Assembly: GCA_017615835.1 (NCBI GenBank)
Contig: JAFZZI010000004.1
Span: 249,546 to 313,545, forward strand
DNA from: Bacteroidaceae bacterium
GTDB taxonomy: Bacteria > Bacteroidota > Bacteroidia > Bacteroidales > Bacteroidaceae
Direction: 5' to 3'
DNA length: 64,000 nucleotides
In this document: positions 50,089 through 58,451 of the stretch, one piece after another
Numbering within the stretch: position 1 is the stretch's first letter
Layout: the number at the start of each line of letters is the position of its first letter
The notes under the pieces: generated by a model
Database searches by the model: none
Told to the model about the DNA's origin: nothing
The model's input: only the letters and a program-made list of their open reading frames with translations
Made by a program: the position numbers and the translations under genes

Positions 50089-51890
50089 TACTTGCAGCCG
50101 GAATGGGCAAGAGGCTTGGTGAACTGACAAAAAACAACACCAAGTGCATGATTGAAGTGAACGGCGTCCGTCTTATTGACAGGATGCTGTCTCAGTTGTC
50201 GCGACTGAATATTTCAAGGGTTGTAATAGTGACGGGATACAAGGGTGATAATCTAAGGAACCATATAGGTAACCGGTACGCAGACAGGGTTAAGATTGAG
50301 TTCATAGATAACCCGGTTTATGACAGAACCAACAATATCTATTCGCTTGCCTTAGCCAAGGAGAAGCTTCAGGAGGATGACACCCTGCTGCTTGAGAGCG
50401 ATCTCGTCTTTGAGCCGAGGATGCTTCGGTTACTGATTGACAATCCGTACCCAAATCTGGCATTAGTGGCTAAATATGAGACTTGGATGGACGGAACCAT
50501 GGTCAGGATTGACGATGACTGCAATATTGTGAGTTTTGTTCCCAAGAAGGCTTTTAAGTATTCGGATGTTCCGTATTATTACAAAACCTGCAACATATAC
50601 AAGTTCAGTCGTGATTTCAGTACCAACCAGTACGTTCCTTTCCTGGATGCCTACTGTAAGGCAATGGGCGACAACGAGTATTATGAACAGGTACTGAGGG
50701 TACTGACGGCTTTGGACAGGTCAGACCTGAAGGCTTTGCCTATAACAGACGAGAAGTGGTATGAGATTGACGATATTCAGGACCGTGACATTGCTGAAAA
50801 TCTGTTTGCATCGGCTGACGAGCGTCTGTACAAACTGAGTCACAGATATGGCGGGTACTGGAGGTTTCCCAAACTTAAAGACTTTTGCTATCTGGTGAAT
50901 CCGTATTTCCCGACGCAGAGAATGAAGGATGAACTTAAGTCAAATTTCGATACCCTTCTCACTGAGTATCCTTCAGGGATGAGTGTCAATTCACTGCTCG
51001 GTGGAAAGTATTTCGGCATCCGCGAGGAGTTCGTGTGCATGGGTAATGGTGCCGCTGAATTGATTAAGGGACTCATGGAGCATTGTCTGGAAGGTAAGGT
51101 TGGTATCGTGTTCCCCACTTTTGAGGAGTACCCCAACCGAGCTGGTGGAATGCGGGTTGTCAAGTACATTCCAAAGAATCCTGATTTTGCCTATTCTGCC
51201 GCTGATTTGAGGGATTTCTTTGCAGACAAGGATATTTCCATGCTGCTCCTTGTAAATCCGGATAATCCCTCGGGCAACTACATTTCCAAGGAAGAAGTGC
51301 TAGAACTTGTCAGATGGGCCAGCGACAGAAGTGTCAGGATGGTTGTAGACGAGAGTTTTGTGGATTTTACCAGGGGACATCTGTTGAATACACTGCTCAC
51401 CAATGAAATACTGCATGAATACTCCAACCTTGTAGTGGTAAAGTCAATAAGTAAGTCGTATGGTGTTCCCGGCTTAAGGCTGGGTTTGATGGCTTCGTCC
51501 GACCTGAGTCTTGTGGCAACAATGCGTTCCAGTATGGCTATATGGAATATCAACTCTTTCGCGGAGTTTTACATGCAGATTTTCAACAAGTACGAGAAGG
51601 ATTATCACAATGCATGTGATCTGTTCATCAACGAGAGGAGTATTTTCATGGAAGAGCTGAGGACTGTACCTTATCTCAGGGTGATTCCTTCTGCCGCAAA
51701 CTATTTCTTGTGTGAGGTTACATCGCGCTTTACCTCGCGCGAGCTTACTGAAATACTTCTTAACGAATACAATGTTCTGATTAAGGATTGCGCTACGAAG
51801 AGCGCCTTTGATGGCCGTAACTATATACGGATTGCCGTCAGAGACCGTGCTGACAATAACCGTCTTACTGTAATTCTGAAATCTTTGTAG
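50076..51890 (+). CDS. bifunctional LicC-like cytidylyltransferase (N-terminal) / class I-II PLP aminotransferase or decarboxylase of the HisC-CobD type (C-terminal)
   Basis: N-terminal: MQAIILAAGMGKRLGELTKNNTKCMIEVNG, NNIYSLALAKEKL and WYEIDDIQD (LicC pattern). C-terminal: NGAAELI, LVNPDNPSGN, VDESFVDF, the PLP-lysine motif KSISKSYGVPGLRLG, AANYFL and YIRIAVR. Confidence 0.85.
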   Translation: MQAIILAAGMGKRLGELTKNNTKCMIEVNGVRLIDRMLSQLSRLNISRVVIVTGYKGDNLRNHIGNRYADRVKIEFIDNPVYDRTNNIYSLALAKEKLQEDDTLLLESDLVFEPRMLRLLIDNPYPNLALVAKYETWMDGTMVRIDDDCNIVSFVPKKAFKYSDVPYYYKTCNIYKFSRDFSTNQYVPFLDAYCKAMGDNEYYEQVLRVLTALDRSDLKALPITDEKWYEIDDIQDRDIAENLFASADERLYKLSHRYGGYWRFPKLKDFCYLVNPYFPTQRMKDELKSNFDTLLTEYPSGMSVNSLLGGKYFGIREEFVCMGNGAAELIKGLMEHCLEGKVGIVFPTFEEYPNRAGGMRVVKYIPKNPDFAYSAADLRDFFADKDISMLLLVNPDNPSGNYISKEEVLELVRWASDRSVRMVVDESFVDFTRGHLLNTLLTNEILHEYSNLVVVKSISKSYGVPGLRLGLMASSDLSLVATMRSSMAIWNINSFAEFYMQIFNKYEKDYHNACDLFINERSIFMEELRTVPYLRVIPSAANYFLCEVTSRFTSRELTEILLNEYNVLIKDCATKSAFDGRNYIRIAVRDRADNNRLTVILKSL

Positions 51891-51902
51891 AGTAGTTGCT
51901 TT

Positions 51903-52718
51903 ATGTTAGAGATGTCGTTACAAGAAGAGTTGCGTGAGCGGTACAATCCTGACGGTTCCGTGACCAGGTCTGTGCAGATGCACCTGCTGGACATTCTGAT
52001 ACAGGTGGACAGTGTGTGCAGGGCCAACGGCATCGTTTATTGGATTGACTCTGGAACTTTGCTTGGAGCAGTGCGCCATGGCGGTTTCATACCATGGGAC
52101 GACGACCTTGACATCTGCATCCTACGCAAGGATTACCGCAGGTTCCGTCGTTGTATGCGCAACGGTCTGCCATATCCTTATATCCTTTATGATATCAGCA
52201 CGATGAAGGGCTACGGGCACCGATGGCCCAGAATAGTCGACGAGAGTGTTTCAATAATACGAAGAAAGCCCGACGGGTCAATAGGCGATGAAAAGCTTTG
52301 GATAGACGCTTTCCTGATGTGCAACGGTTCTCCTGGTTGGGTCAAGCGAATTGACACGTTGTACGGGCGCTGTTTCAGGCGGCGTCATCGCATTCTAAAT
52401 GACGGATGGCTGAAGGTTCTGGTCGGTACATGTGTATATCCGTTCATTTCGGCTGTGGTAAGCATCTCCCGTTTTGCAGGAAGAGTGCTTTCCCCCAAAA
52501 CCCTAATGCATGACTATGCCTCTGGTTATTACAGTGTGCGTAAGAAATACGAGATATTTCCGTTGTCGGAGATGGAATTCGAAGGAAAGAGGTTTCCTGC
52601 ACCTGCTGATGCTGACGCCTATCTGCGTCGTATTTATGGTGATTATATGGCGCTGCCTGACGAATCGGGCAGGGAGACGCATGATTTTCTGGAAATAAAG
52701 AAAAATGACAATGAGTGA
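51903..52718 (+). CDS. LicD-family phosphotransferase
   Basis: MHLLDILIQVDSVCRANGIVYWIDSGTLLGAVRHGGFIPWDDDLDICI is the LicD signature with the DDDLD motif. Confidence 0.85.
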   Translation: MLEMSLQEELRERYNPDGSVTRSVQMHLLDILIQVDSVCRANGIVYWIDSGTLLGAVRHGGFIPWDDDLDICILRKDYRRFRRCMRNGLPYPYILYDISTMKGYGHRWPRIVDESVSIIRRKPDGSIGDEKLWIDAFLMCNGSPGWVKRIDTLYGRCFRRRHRILNDGWLKVLVGTCVYPFISAVVSISRFAGRVLSPKTLMHDYASGYYSVRKKYEIFPLSEMEFEGKRFPAPADADAYLRRIYGDYMALPDESGRETHDFLEIKKNDNE

Positions 52719-53889
52719 AAAGAGGAGGGCCCTTGTGGTGGGTGGAAGCAACGGCATAGGATTGGCGGTGGCACTTCGCCTTGCCGGAGGGTGCAGTAAG
52801 GTTACTATAGTAGACAAGGTTGAACCCGATATTGCACTTCCGCAAAATGTATTATTCATAGCCCATAATCTTCTTGACAAAGGATTTGAAGAGTTAGCCG
52901 ACACGCATGGCTTTTCACCGTCAGAAACAGATGTCCTGGTAATTACGGCGGGCTTTGGAAGAGTTGCCCCGTTTGAGACTTTTGAGTTTCGCGAGATAGA
53001 AAACGTATACGGGGTAAATACGGTGGCATTAACGGAAATATTGCGGTACTATTATCCTAGAATGCAGCAGAAAAATGATTTCTTCTGTGCTGTGATGGGA
53101 AGTATTGCAGGATTGATTGCATCACCGATGATTTCGCTCTACAGCGCCTCTAAGGCTGCTGTATGCAAGCTTACAGAAAACATGAATGCCGAACTTGAAT
53201 TATGCGGGACTCCGAACAGAATACTGAATGTTTCGCCAGGCTCCATAAAGGGAACAAAGTTCAACGGGGCATCAGCGAATGATCTTACCCAGATAGGTGG
53301 ACTTGCCGATGATATTTTAAGGGCAATGTTCGGCAGGGACACGCTGCTGATACCTGAATATGACACAGTTTTCAGGGGAGTTCTGGAACGTTATCATGAA
53401 GACCCGCACAAATTTGCAGCTGACAGCTGCCGTTACAAGTTGGAGAGTGGCAGGATGAATATGAAACCCCAACTGAAGGTGGGTTACCTCAGCGGAACGT
53501 TCGATCTGTTCCACATAGGGCATCTCAATCTGTTGAGACGTGCCAGACAGTATTGTGACTATCTGGTGGTTGGTGTACACAAAGATGCTTCGCATAAAGG
53601 CAAGGAAGCGTTCATTCCTTTTGAGGAGAGATGCGACATTGTCAGGAATATTCGGTATGTGGACAAAGTTATCCAGAGTCTGCCCGAGGATGACGAGATA
53701 TATCGTCGGGGAATAGTTAAATACGATTACCTCTTTGTAGGAAGTGATTACAAGGGCACCGATCGCTTCAACAGATATGAAGAGTTTTTTGCAGGAACTG
53801 ATGTCAGGATAATCTATTTCCCATATACCAAAGGTACAAGCAGTACCCGACTTAGGGATGCCCTTGATGCAATATCCAACAAGAAATGA
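52705..53889 (+). CDS. fusion of a short-chain dehydrogenase/reductase (N-terminal) with a TagD-type cytidylyltransferase (C-terminal)
   Basis: SDR: ALVVGGSNGIGLAVA (a Gly-rich NAD(P) motif) and YSASK (YxxxK). Cytidylyltransferase: GYLSGTFDLFHIGHLNLLRRA (HxGH) and YTKGTSSTRLR (equivalent to RTxGISTT). Confidence 0.85.
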   Translation: MTMSEKRRALVVGGSNGIGLAVALRLAGGCSKVTIVDKVEPDIALPQNVLFIAHNLLDKGFEELADTHGFSPSETDVLVITAGFGRVAPFETFEFREIENVYGVNTVALTEILRYYYPRMQQKNDFFCAVMGSIAGLIASPMISLYSASKAAVCKLTENMNAELELCGTPNRILNVSPGSIKGTKFNGASANDLTQIGGLADDILRAMFGRDTLLIPEYDTVFRGVLERYHEDPHKFAADSCRYKLESGRMNMKPQLKVGYLSGTFDLFHIGHLNLLRRARQYCDYLVVGVHKDASHKGKEAFIPFEERCDIVRNIRYVDKVIQSLPEDDEIYRRGIVKYDYLFVGSDYKGTDRFNRYEEFFAGTDVRIIYFPYTKGTSSTRLRDALDAISNKK

Positions 53890-55076
53890 CGGTCATGAAA
53901 TTCCTGGCGTATCTGTTCTGCTATATTTTGTATCCATTCTCGTTCCTTTTTCCGAGAAGCGGGCGCAAGTACGCATTTGGGAGTTTCAGGGGTGCTTTCA
54001 ATGACAATGCCAAGCATCTGTTCATATACGCTTCCACCCACGTTGAGGACGTAAGATGTGTGTGGCTCACCCAAGGATCTGAAGCTGCAAGGCATGTCCG
54101 GGAATTGGGCTTCGAAAGTTATTCGGTTTTTGCTCCAAAGGGCATCTGGTTTGCTCTTACATCCAAGTACTGGTTTGTGAACGCCTATTCAAGCGATATT
54201 TTCTTCAGCTTTTCGGGAGGGGCTGTCATAGTGAATCTTTGGCACGGTCTCACCATCAAACGCATTGAGTTTGGAATAACTGGCGGTGAGCTTGCGGACA
54301 GGTATGTTCGAAAGACTTTCAAGGAACGTTATTACCATCCTCAGGTATACAAGCGGCCCGATTATGTGCTCTCCTCGTCACCGTTCCAATCAGAGATATT
54401 TGCCAAGGATTTCAGGATACCGGTCAATAGGTGTCTCGAGTTAGGTTATCCTAGAAACCACCTTCTAAGATGTGGCCGTAAAGAACGTCTTGATTTCGTT
54501 AATCGTTATGAACCGGAGGAAACCCGCAGCATTCTTGACAAGATAGGAAAATACTCCAAGAGTTATGTTTACATGCCCACATGGAGGGATTCTCAGCGAG
54601 ATGTCTTCGTGCAGGGCATGAATCTGCAGGCAATGAATGAATCACTGGTTTCGAGGAATGAACTCCTGCTACTGAAGCCCCATCCCAACGTGATAGTAAA
54701 CGGCCTTCATGAATACTCGAATATTGTTCTTCTTGACGGGAAAATGGATATTTACTGCCTTTTGCCGGACATAGATGTTCTCATATCAGACTACTCGTCG
54801 GTCATACAGGATTTTCTGCTAATGAAGGGCAAGGGGCTGATACTCTACCTCTATGACTTCGCAGATTATGTCAGGAATCGTGACTTTGAGATTGATTTTG
54901 ATAAAGTCATGCCCGGAGTGCGTGTCTACGATTCTGAATCTCTTGTCAAAGCTCTCAGTTACGATTCTACAGTACCCGAACAGGAACGCCTGTCTTTTAC
55001 CGGTATGTTTTGGGGGGACAGCTGCGGAACCGATTCTTCTGCCACGATAATTGAATTTGTAAAATCACTATCATAA
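53886..55076 (+). CDS. CDP-glycerol (CDP-polyol) glycerophosphotransferase, TagB/TagF family
   Basis: YVYMPTWRD, LLLKPHPNV and DVLISDYSSVIQDF are the family motifs. ATGA overlap with the upstream gene. Confidence 0.85.
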   Translation: MTVMKFLAYLFCYILYPFSFLFPRSGRKYAFGSFRGAFNDNAKHLFIYASTHVEDVRCVWLTQGSEAARHVRELGFESYSVFAPKGIWFALTSKYWFVNAYSSDIFFSFSGGAVIVNLWHGLTIKRIEFGITGGELADRYVRKTFKERYYHPQVYKRPDYVLSSSPFQSEIFAKDFRIPVNRCLELGYPRNHLLRCGRKERLDFVNRYEPEETRSILDKIGKYSKSYVYMPTWRDSQRDVFVQGMNLQAMNESLVSRNELLLLKPHPNVIVNGLHEYSNIVLLDGKMDIYCLLPDIDVLISDYSSVIQDFLLMKGKGLILYLYDFADYVRNRDFEIDFDKVMPGVRVYDSESLVKALSYDSTVPEQERLSFTGMFWGDSCGTDSSATIIEFVKSLS

Positions 55077-55084
55077 CAGCTGCT

Positions 55085-55993
55085 ATGCACATATCTGTCA
55101 TCATCTGCACTTACAATCGCGAGAAATACATCTATAATGTGATGAAGAGTATCGCAGAGGGAAACTATCCTGTCGACAAGTATGAGATTGTCTTTGTTGA
55201 CAACAATTGTACCGACGGTACGTGCGACGAGGTGGAGCGGTTTGCAAAAGACTATCCACAGGTAAACTTGAAGAAGGTGAAGGAAAAGGCTCAGGGCCTG
55301 TCTCACGCCAGAAACAGAGGGATTATAGAGTCGTCTGGAGATATTCTGATTTATGTCGACGACGATGCTACCGTCAACAAGGAATATCTTTCTGTGTATG
55401 ATGCCTTCTTTGCTGCCAATCCTGGCATTGATGCGGCTGGTGGTCCTTATATTCCGCATTATGAGGAAGGAGATGAGCCAAAGTGGATGACTTATCATCT
55501 CCGCCGTCTTCTTACCGGTTATCTGTATTTCGGAGATAAGGAGAAACCTTTCCCCGGAGACAACTATCCAGGCGGAGGAAACGCAGCCTACCGTCGTCAC
55601 GTCTTTGAAAAAGTAGGGCCTTATAATGTAGAACTTGGTCGTAACGGTGGTAATCTGGCTGGAGGTGAAGAGAAGGATATCTTCGACAAGATGAAGACTG
55701 CCGGAATGAGTTTCCGCTACTTGCCTGATGCCATTCTCTATCACAGCATACCTAAGTACAAACTGGAACCCGACTATTTCAACAGGTTGACATGCGGAAT
55801 CGGTGAAAGCGAACGCCTGCGGACTAAGAAAATCTCGCAGGCGTCCTATATCAAGAGGTTGGCGAAAGAAGCGGTCAAGTGGGGTGGTACCTTGGTGCTG
55901 TGGGTTTATTATCTGCTGACCTTACGTCCTTCGTGCGGAAACATGCTTGTACGTTTTCGCTGGAATGTTACCCGCAATCTGCTTGGGATCTGA
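55085..55993 (+). CDS. family-2 glycosyltransferase
   Basis: MHISVIICTYNREKYI, VFVDNNCTDGT, YVDDDATV (DxD), and a possible C-terminal TM helix WGGTLVLWVYYLLTL. Confidence 0.9.
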   Translation: MHISVIICTYNREKYIYNVMKSIAEGNYPVDKYEIVFVDNNCTDGTCDEVERFAKDYPQVNLKKVKEKAQGLSHARNRGIIESSGDILIYVDDDATVNKEYLSVYDAFFAANPGIDAAGGPYIPHYEEGDEPKWMTYHLRRLLTGYLYFGDKEKPFPGDNYPGGGNAAYRRHVFEKVGPYNVELGRNGGNLAGGEEKDIFDKMKTAGMSFRYLPDAILYHSIPKYKLEPDYFNRLTCGIGESERLRTKKISQASYIKRLAKEAVKWGGTLVLWVYYLLTLRPSCGNMLVRFRWNVTRNLLGI

Positions 55994-58451
55994 CTTTTTT
56001 ATGACGTCTGATAATTGATGCTGCAACAGTTCCCATGATAACTGCATAGATAAGCAGTATGCAGATCATGCTGATGGCGTTACCTTTTCTTACGCTGTCA
56101 GGATCGAACTCGAAGCGTATCTTGTGATTTCCTGCCGGCACGTTCAAAGCTCGCAGCGTGTAGTTGGCGCGGAAATGCTCGGCTGGTTGACCGTCAATAG
56201 TAGCCTTCCATCCAAAAGGATAGTATATTTCTGAAAAGACTACTGTTCCGTCGGAGTTGGAGTGGCTTTCATAGTCGATGTATCTTGGGGTATACTTTGT
56301 GAGAATGACAGATGATGACGGGTCATGTACTCTTGCTGTCTTGGATGCAAAATCGGAGAATTGCCTGTCGACGACGGCTGTGGTATGAAGGTTTATCCTG
56401 TCAAGAGCATCGCATTCCTGATTTGCATTGTCAACGATCAGGAGGGTGTCGACGTACCATGCATTTCCCATAGCTGCCGTGTTGCGCATGGGCGTGGGCT
56501 TGCCGTCGCTACCTTCGGTTATGAAGTACTTTGCGTTGAGCATGCTGATCACGTTCATGTTTATTTTTGAGATGTGCCGGTCAATCAAGTCTTGATATCG
56601 ACGGAGTTTGGCAGCGTGGTATCCTCCTATAGACTTGAGATAATAGGATGTGCGTGATTCGTTGAAAGTGTTGGTGGTCAGATTCATGACTCTGAAGTGA
56701 GGGTCTGGATCCGAAAGTATCTGACGCTCGTATGGCTTAATTTCAAAAATACTTGAGTACTGTTTGGCGCTGATATAGTTGTCTTCATTGAAATATCGTC
56801 TGTCCACAGGCCACATGTCGGTCAGTACAAGGATTCCCATGACGATTGTCAGAATGACACTCTTGATGTATCCCTTGGCATAGAGCCATACAGTAGCGGC
56901 GGAAAGCAGTATGAATAGAGTAGAACGCAGCGAATCGTTCACGAGCATGGCTTGCCTTTGGGCAAGTATGCCCTCGTACAGAAATTCTGGAAGTTCTTGT
57001 GATAATGATGCATCTGATACTCCTGTGAAGGAGAAAAACGATTTACCTGCAATTGCAATAACCAGGCAGATTCCTGCAGTAAACCCTGCTGCTGCATATA
57101 TCCCTCTCAGAGCAATCTCTTTCTTTACGGTGCCGTTGATTATCTGGTTCAGTGCAATGAATCCCAAGAGTGGCATGGCAATCTCAGCCACAATGAGTAT
57201 TGATGAGACGGAACGGAATTTGCTGTACAGGGGTACAAACCTGAAGAAGAACTCTGTAAGCGGCATGAAGTTATGCCCCCAGGCAAGCATGACACTGAAA
57301 GCGGTGGCAATTGCCAGTGCCCACTTCAAAGGCCCTTTTACAAGGATAAGTCCAAGTACGAACAGAAAGCATGCCACAGCCCCCATATAGACATTACCGG
57401 CAGTGAAGGGCTGGTTGCCCCAGTAGAGAGGAACGCTCTTGCATACTTGCTCGGACGTGCGCTTGTCAACACCGCCAGATACAAGGGTTTTGTATAGTTT
57501 AGAACCGGTTCCAAGGTGACAGTTTGATGCACTGCCAAGAACTCCAGGTATAATGAATGACAGGGTCTCGTCAATTCCGTAACTCCATTGTGTCGCGTAA
57601 TCGAGGTCCAGTCCGGATGTCTTGTTTCCGGCATCGCTCTCCTTGACAAGGTCTGAGTGACCTCCACGCATGGTTTGTGAAGCATATTCACTATTTGCGA
57701 GTATGCTTGGAGTATTTGCTCCCAGAGCCAGTAACATTGCCAGAGAGAACACGACTGTCGCCAGTCCCAGATCCTTGTATCGCTTTTCCTTTATGTGAGT
57801 GTACAATTCTGCTATGAACAGCAGTCCTATCATGAGGCAGATGTAATATGCCATCTGCGCGTGGCTTGTCAGACATACGGCTACAGGTATCGCTGTAACG
57901 ATGAATCCAAGCCAGTATTTTTTCATGTTGAATATCAGGTGAAAACCTCCCATGGCCAAAGACATCAACGCTATGGTGGAAGTTTTTGTTATGTGCCCGG
58001 CTGGAATGATTATTATAAAGTACGAGGAAAGAGTCATGGCTATTGCTCCTGCAATGCTGAGCCATTTGTCCACGCCGAAGCAGAGCAGGAGGATGAAGAA
58101 ACAGAAGAAGTACAACATCAGTATATACGGCGTACCTGTGGTCCCGTGTCCGGCAAAGAATACCTTCCTGAATGGTTTGAGCAATTTGGTTGACTTGAAA
58201 TGGGTTGCGCCAATCTGATAGGTAGGCATTCCACAGAAAAGAGAGCCTGTCCAGAATGTATCCTCACCGGTTTCTTTCTGGTATTGATCAACCTCATGAA
58301 CCATTCCCTTAAAACTGGAGGTGTCGCCTGCGTTTACAATCATGCCTTGCAGCGATGGACGGCAGTATATGCATGAAAGTACTACGAATAATATGACAGC
58401 GGCCATAACGGCCCCGTACCTGTTGAAAAAGGATCTTCTCATAAAAATCAT
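55968..58451 (-). CDS. YfhO-family polytopic membrane protein (GT-C-like extracytoplasmic glycosyltransferase candidate)
   Basis: 827 aa, about 13 N-terminal TM helices, a large C-terminal extracytoplasmic domain and a final TM helix. The N-terminal pattern AGDTSSFKGMVHEVDQYQKETGEDTFWTGSLFCGMPTYQI resembles Bacteroidota YfhO proteins. Confidence 0.7.
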   Translation of the reverse strand: MIFMRRSFFNRYGAVMAAVILFVVLSCIYCRPSLQGMIVNAGDTSSFKGMVHEVDQYQKETGEDTFWTGSLFCGMPTYQIGATHFKSTKLLKPFRKVFFAGHGTTGTPYILMLYFFCFFILLLCFGVDKWLSIAGAIAMTLSSYFIIIIPAGHITKTSTIALMSLAMGGFHLIFNMKKYWLGFIVTAIPVAVCLTSHAQMAYYICLMIGLLFIAELYTHIKEKRYKDLGLATVVFSLAMLLALGANTPSILANSEYASQTMRGGHSDLVKESDAGNKTSGLDLDYATQWSYGIDETLSFIIPGVLGSASNCHLGTGSKLYKTLVSGGVDKRTSEQVCKSVPLYWGNQPFTAGNVYMGAVACFLFVLGLILVKGPLKWALAIATAFSVMLAWGHNFMPLTEFFFRFVPLYSKFRSVSSILIVAEIAMPLLGFIALNQIINGTVKKEIALRGIYAAAGFTAGICLVIAIAGKSFFSFTGVSDASLSQELPEFLYEGILAQRQAMLVNDSLRSTLFILLSAATVWLYAKGYIKSVILTIVMGILVLTDMWPVDRRYFNEDNYISAKQYSSIFEIKPYERQILSDPDPHFRVMNLTTNTFNESRTSYYLKSIGGYHAAKLRRYQDLIDRHISKINMNVISMLNAKYFITEGSDGKPTPMRNTAAMGNAWYVDTLLIVDNANQECDALDRINLHTTAVVDRQFSDFASKTARVHDPSSSVILTKYTPRYIDYESHSNSDGTVVFSEIYYPFGWKATIDGQPAEHFRANYTLRALNVPAGNHKIRFEFDPDSVRKGNAISMICILLIYAVIMGTVAASIIRRHKKVRSQADCG

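Noticed and set aside
54959-55744. A 261-aa minus-strand ORF across the tagF-like/GT2 junction.
   Set aside because: It is antisense to two genes with clear family motifs, and it has no recognisable domain of its own.
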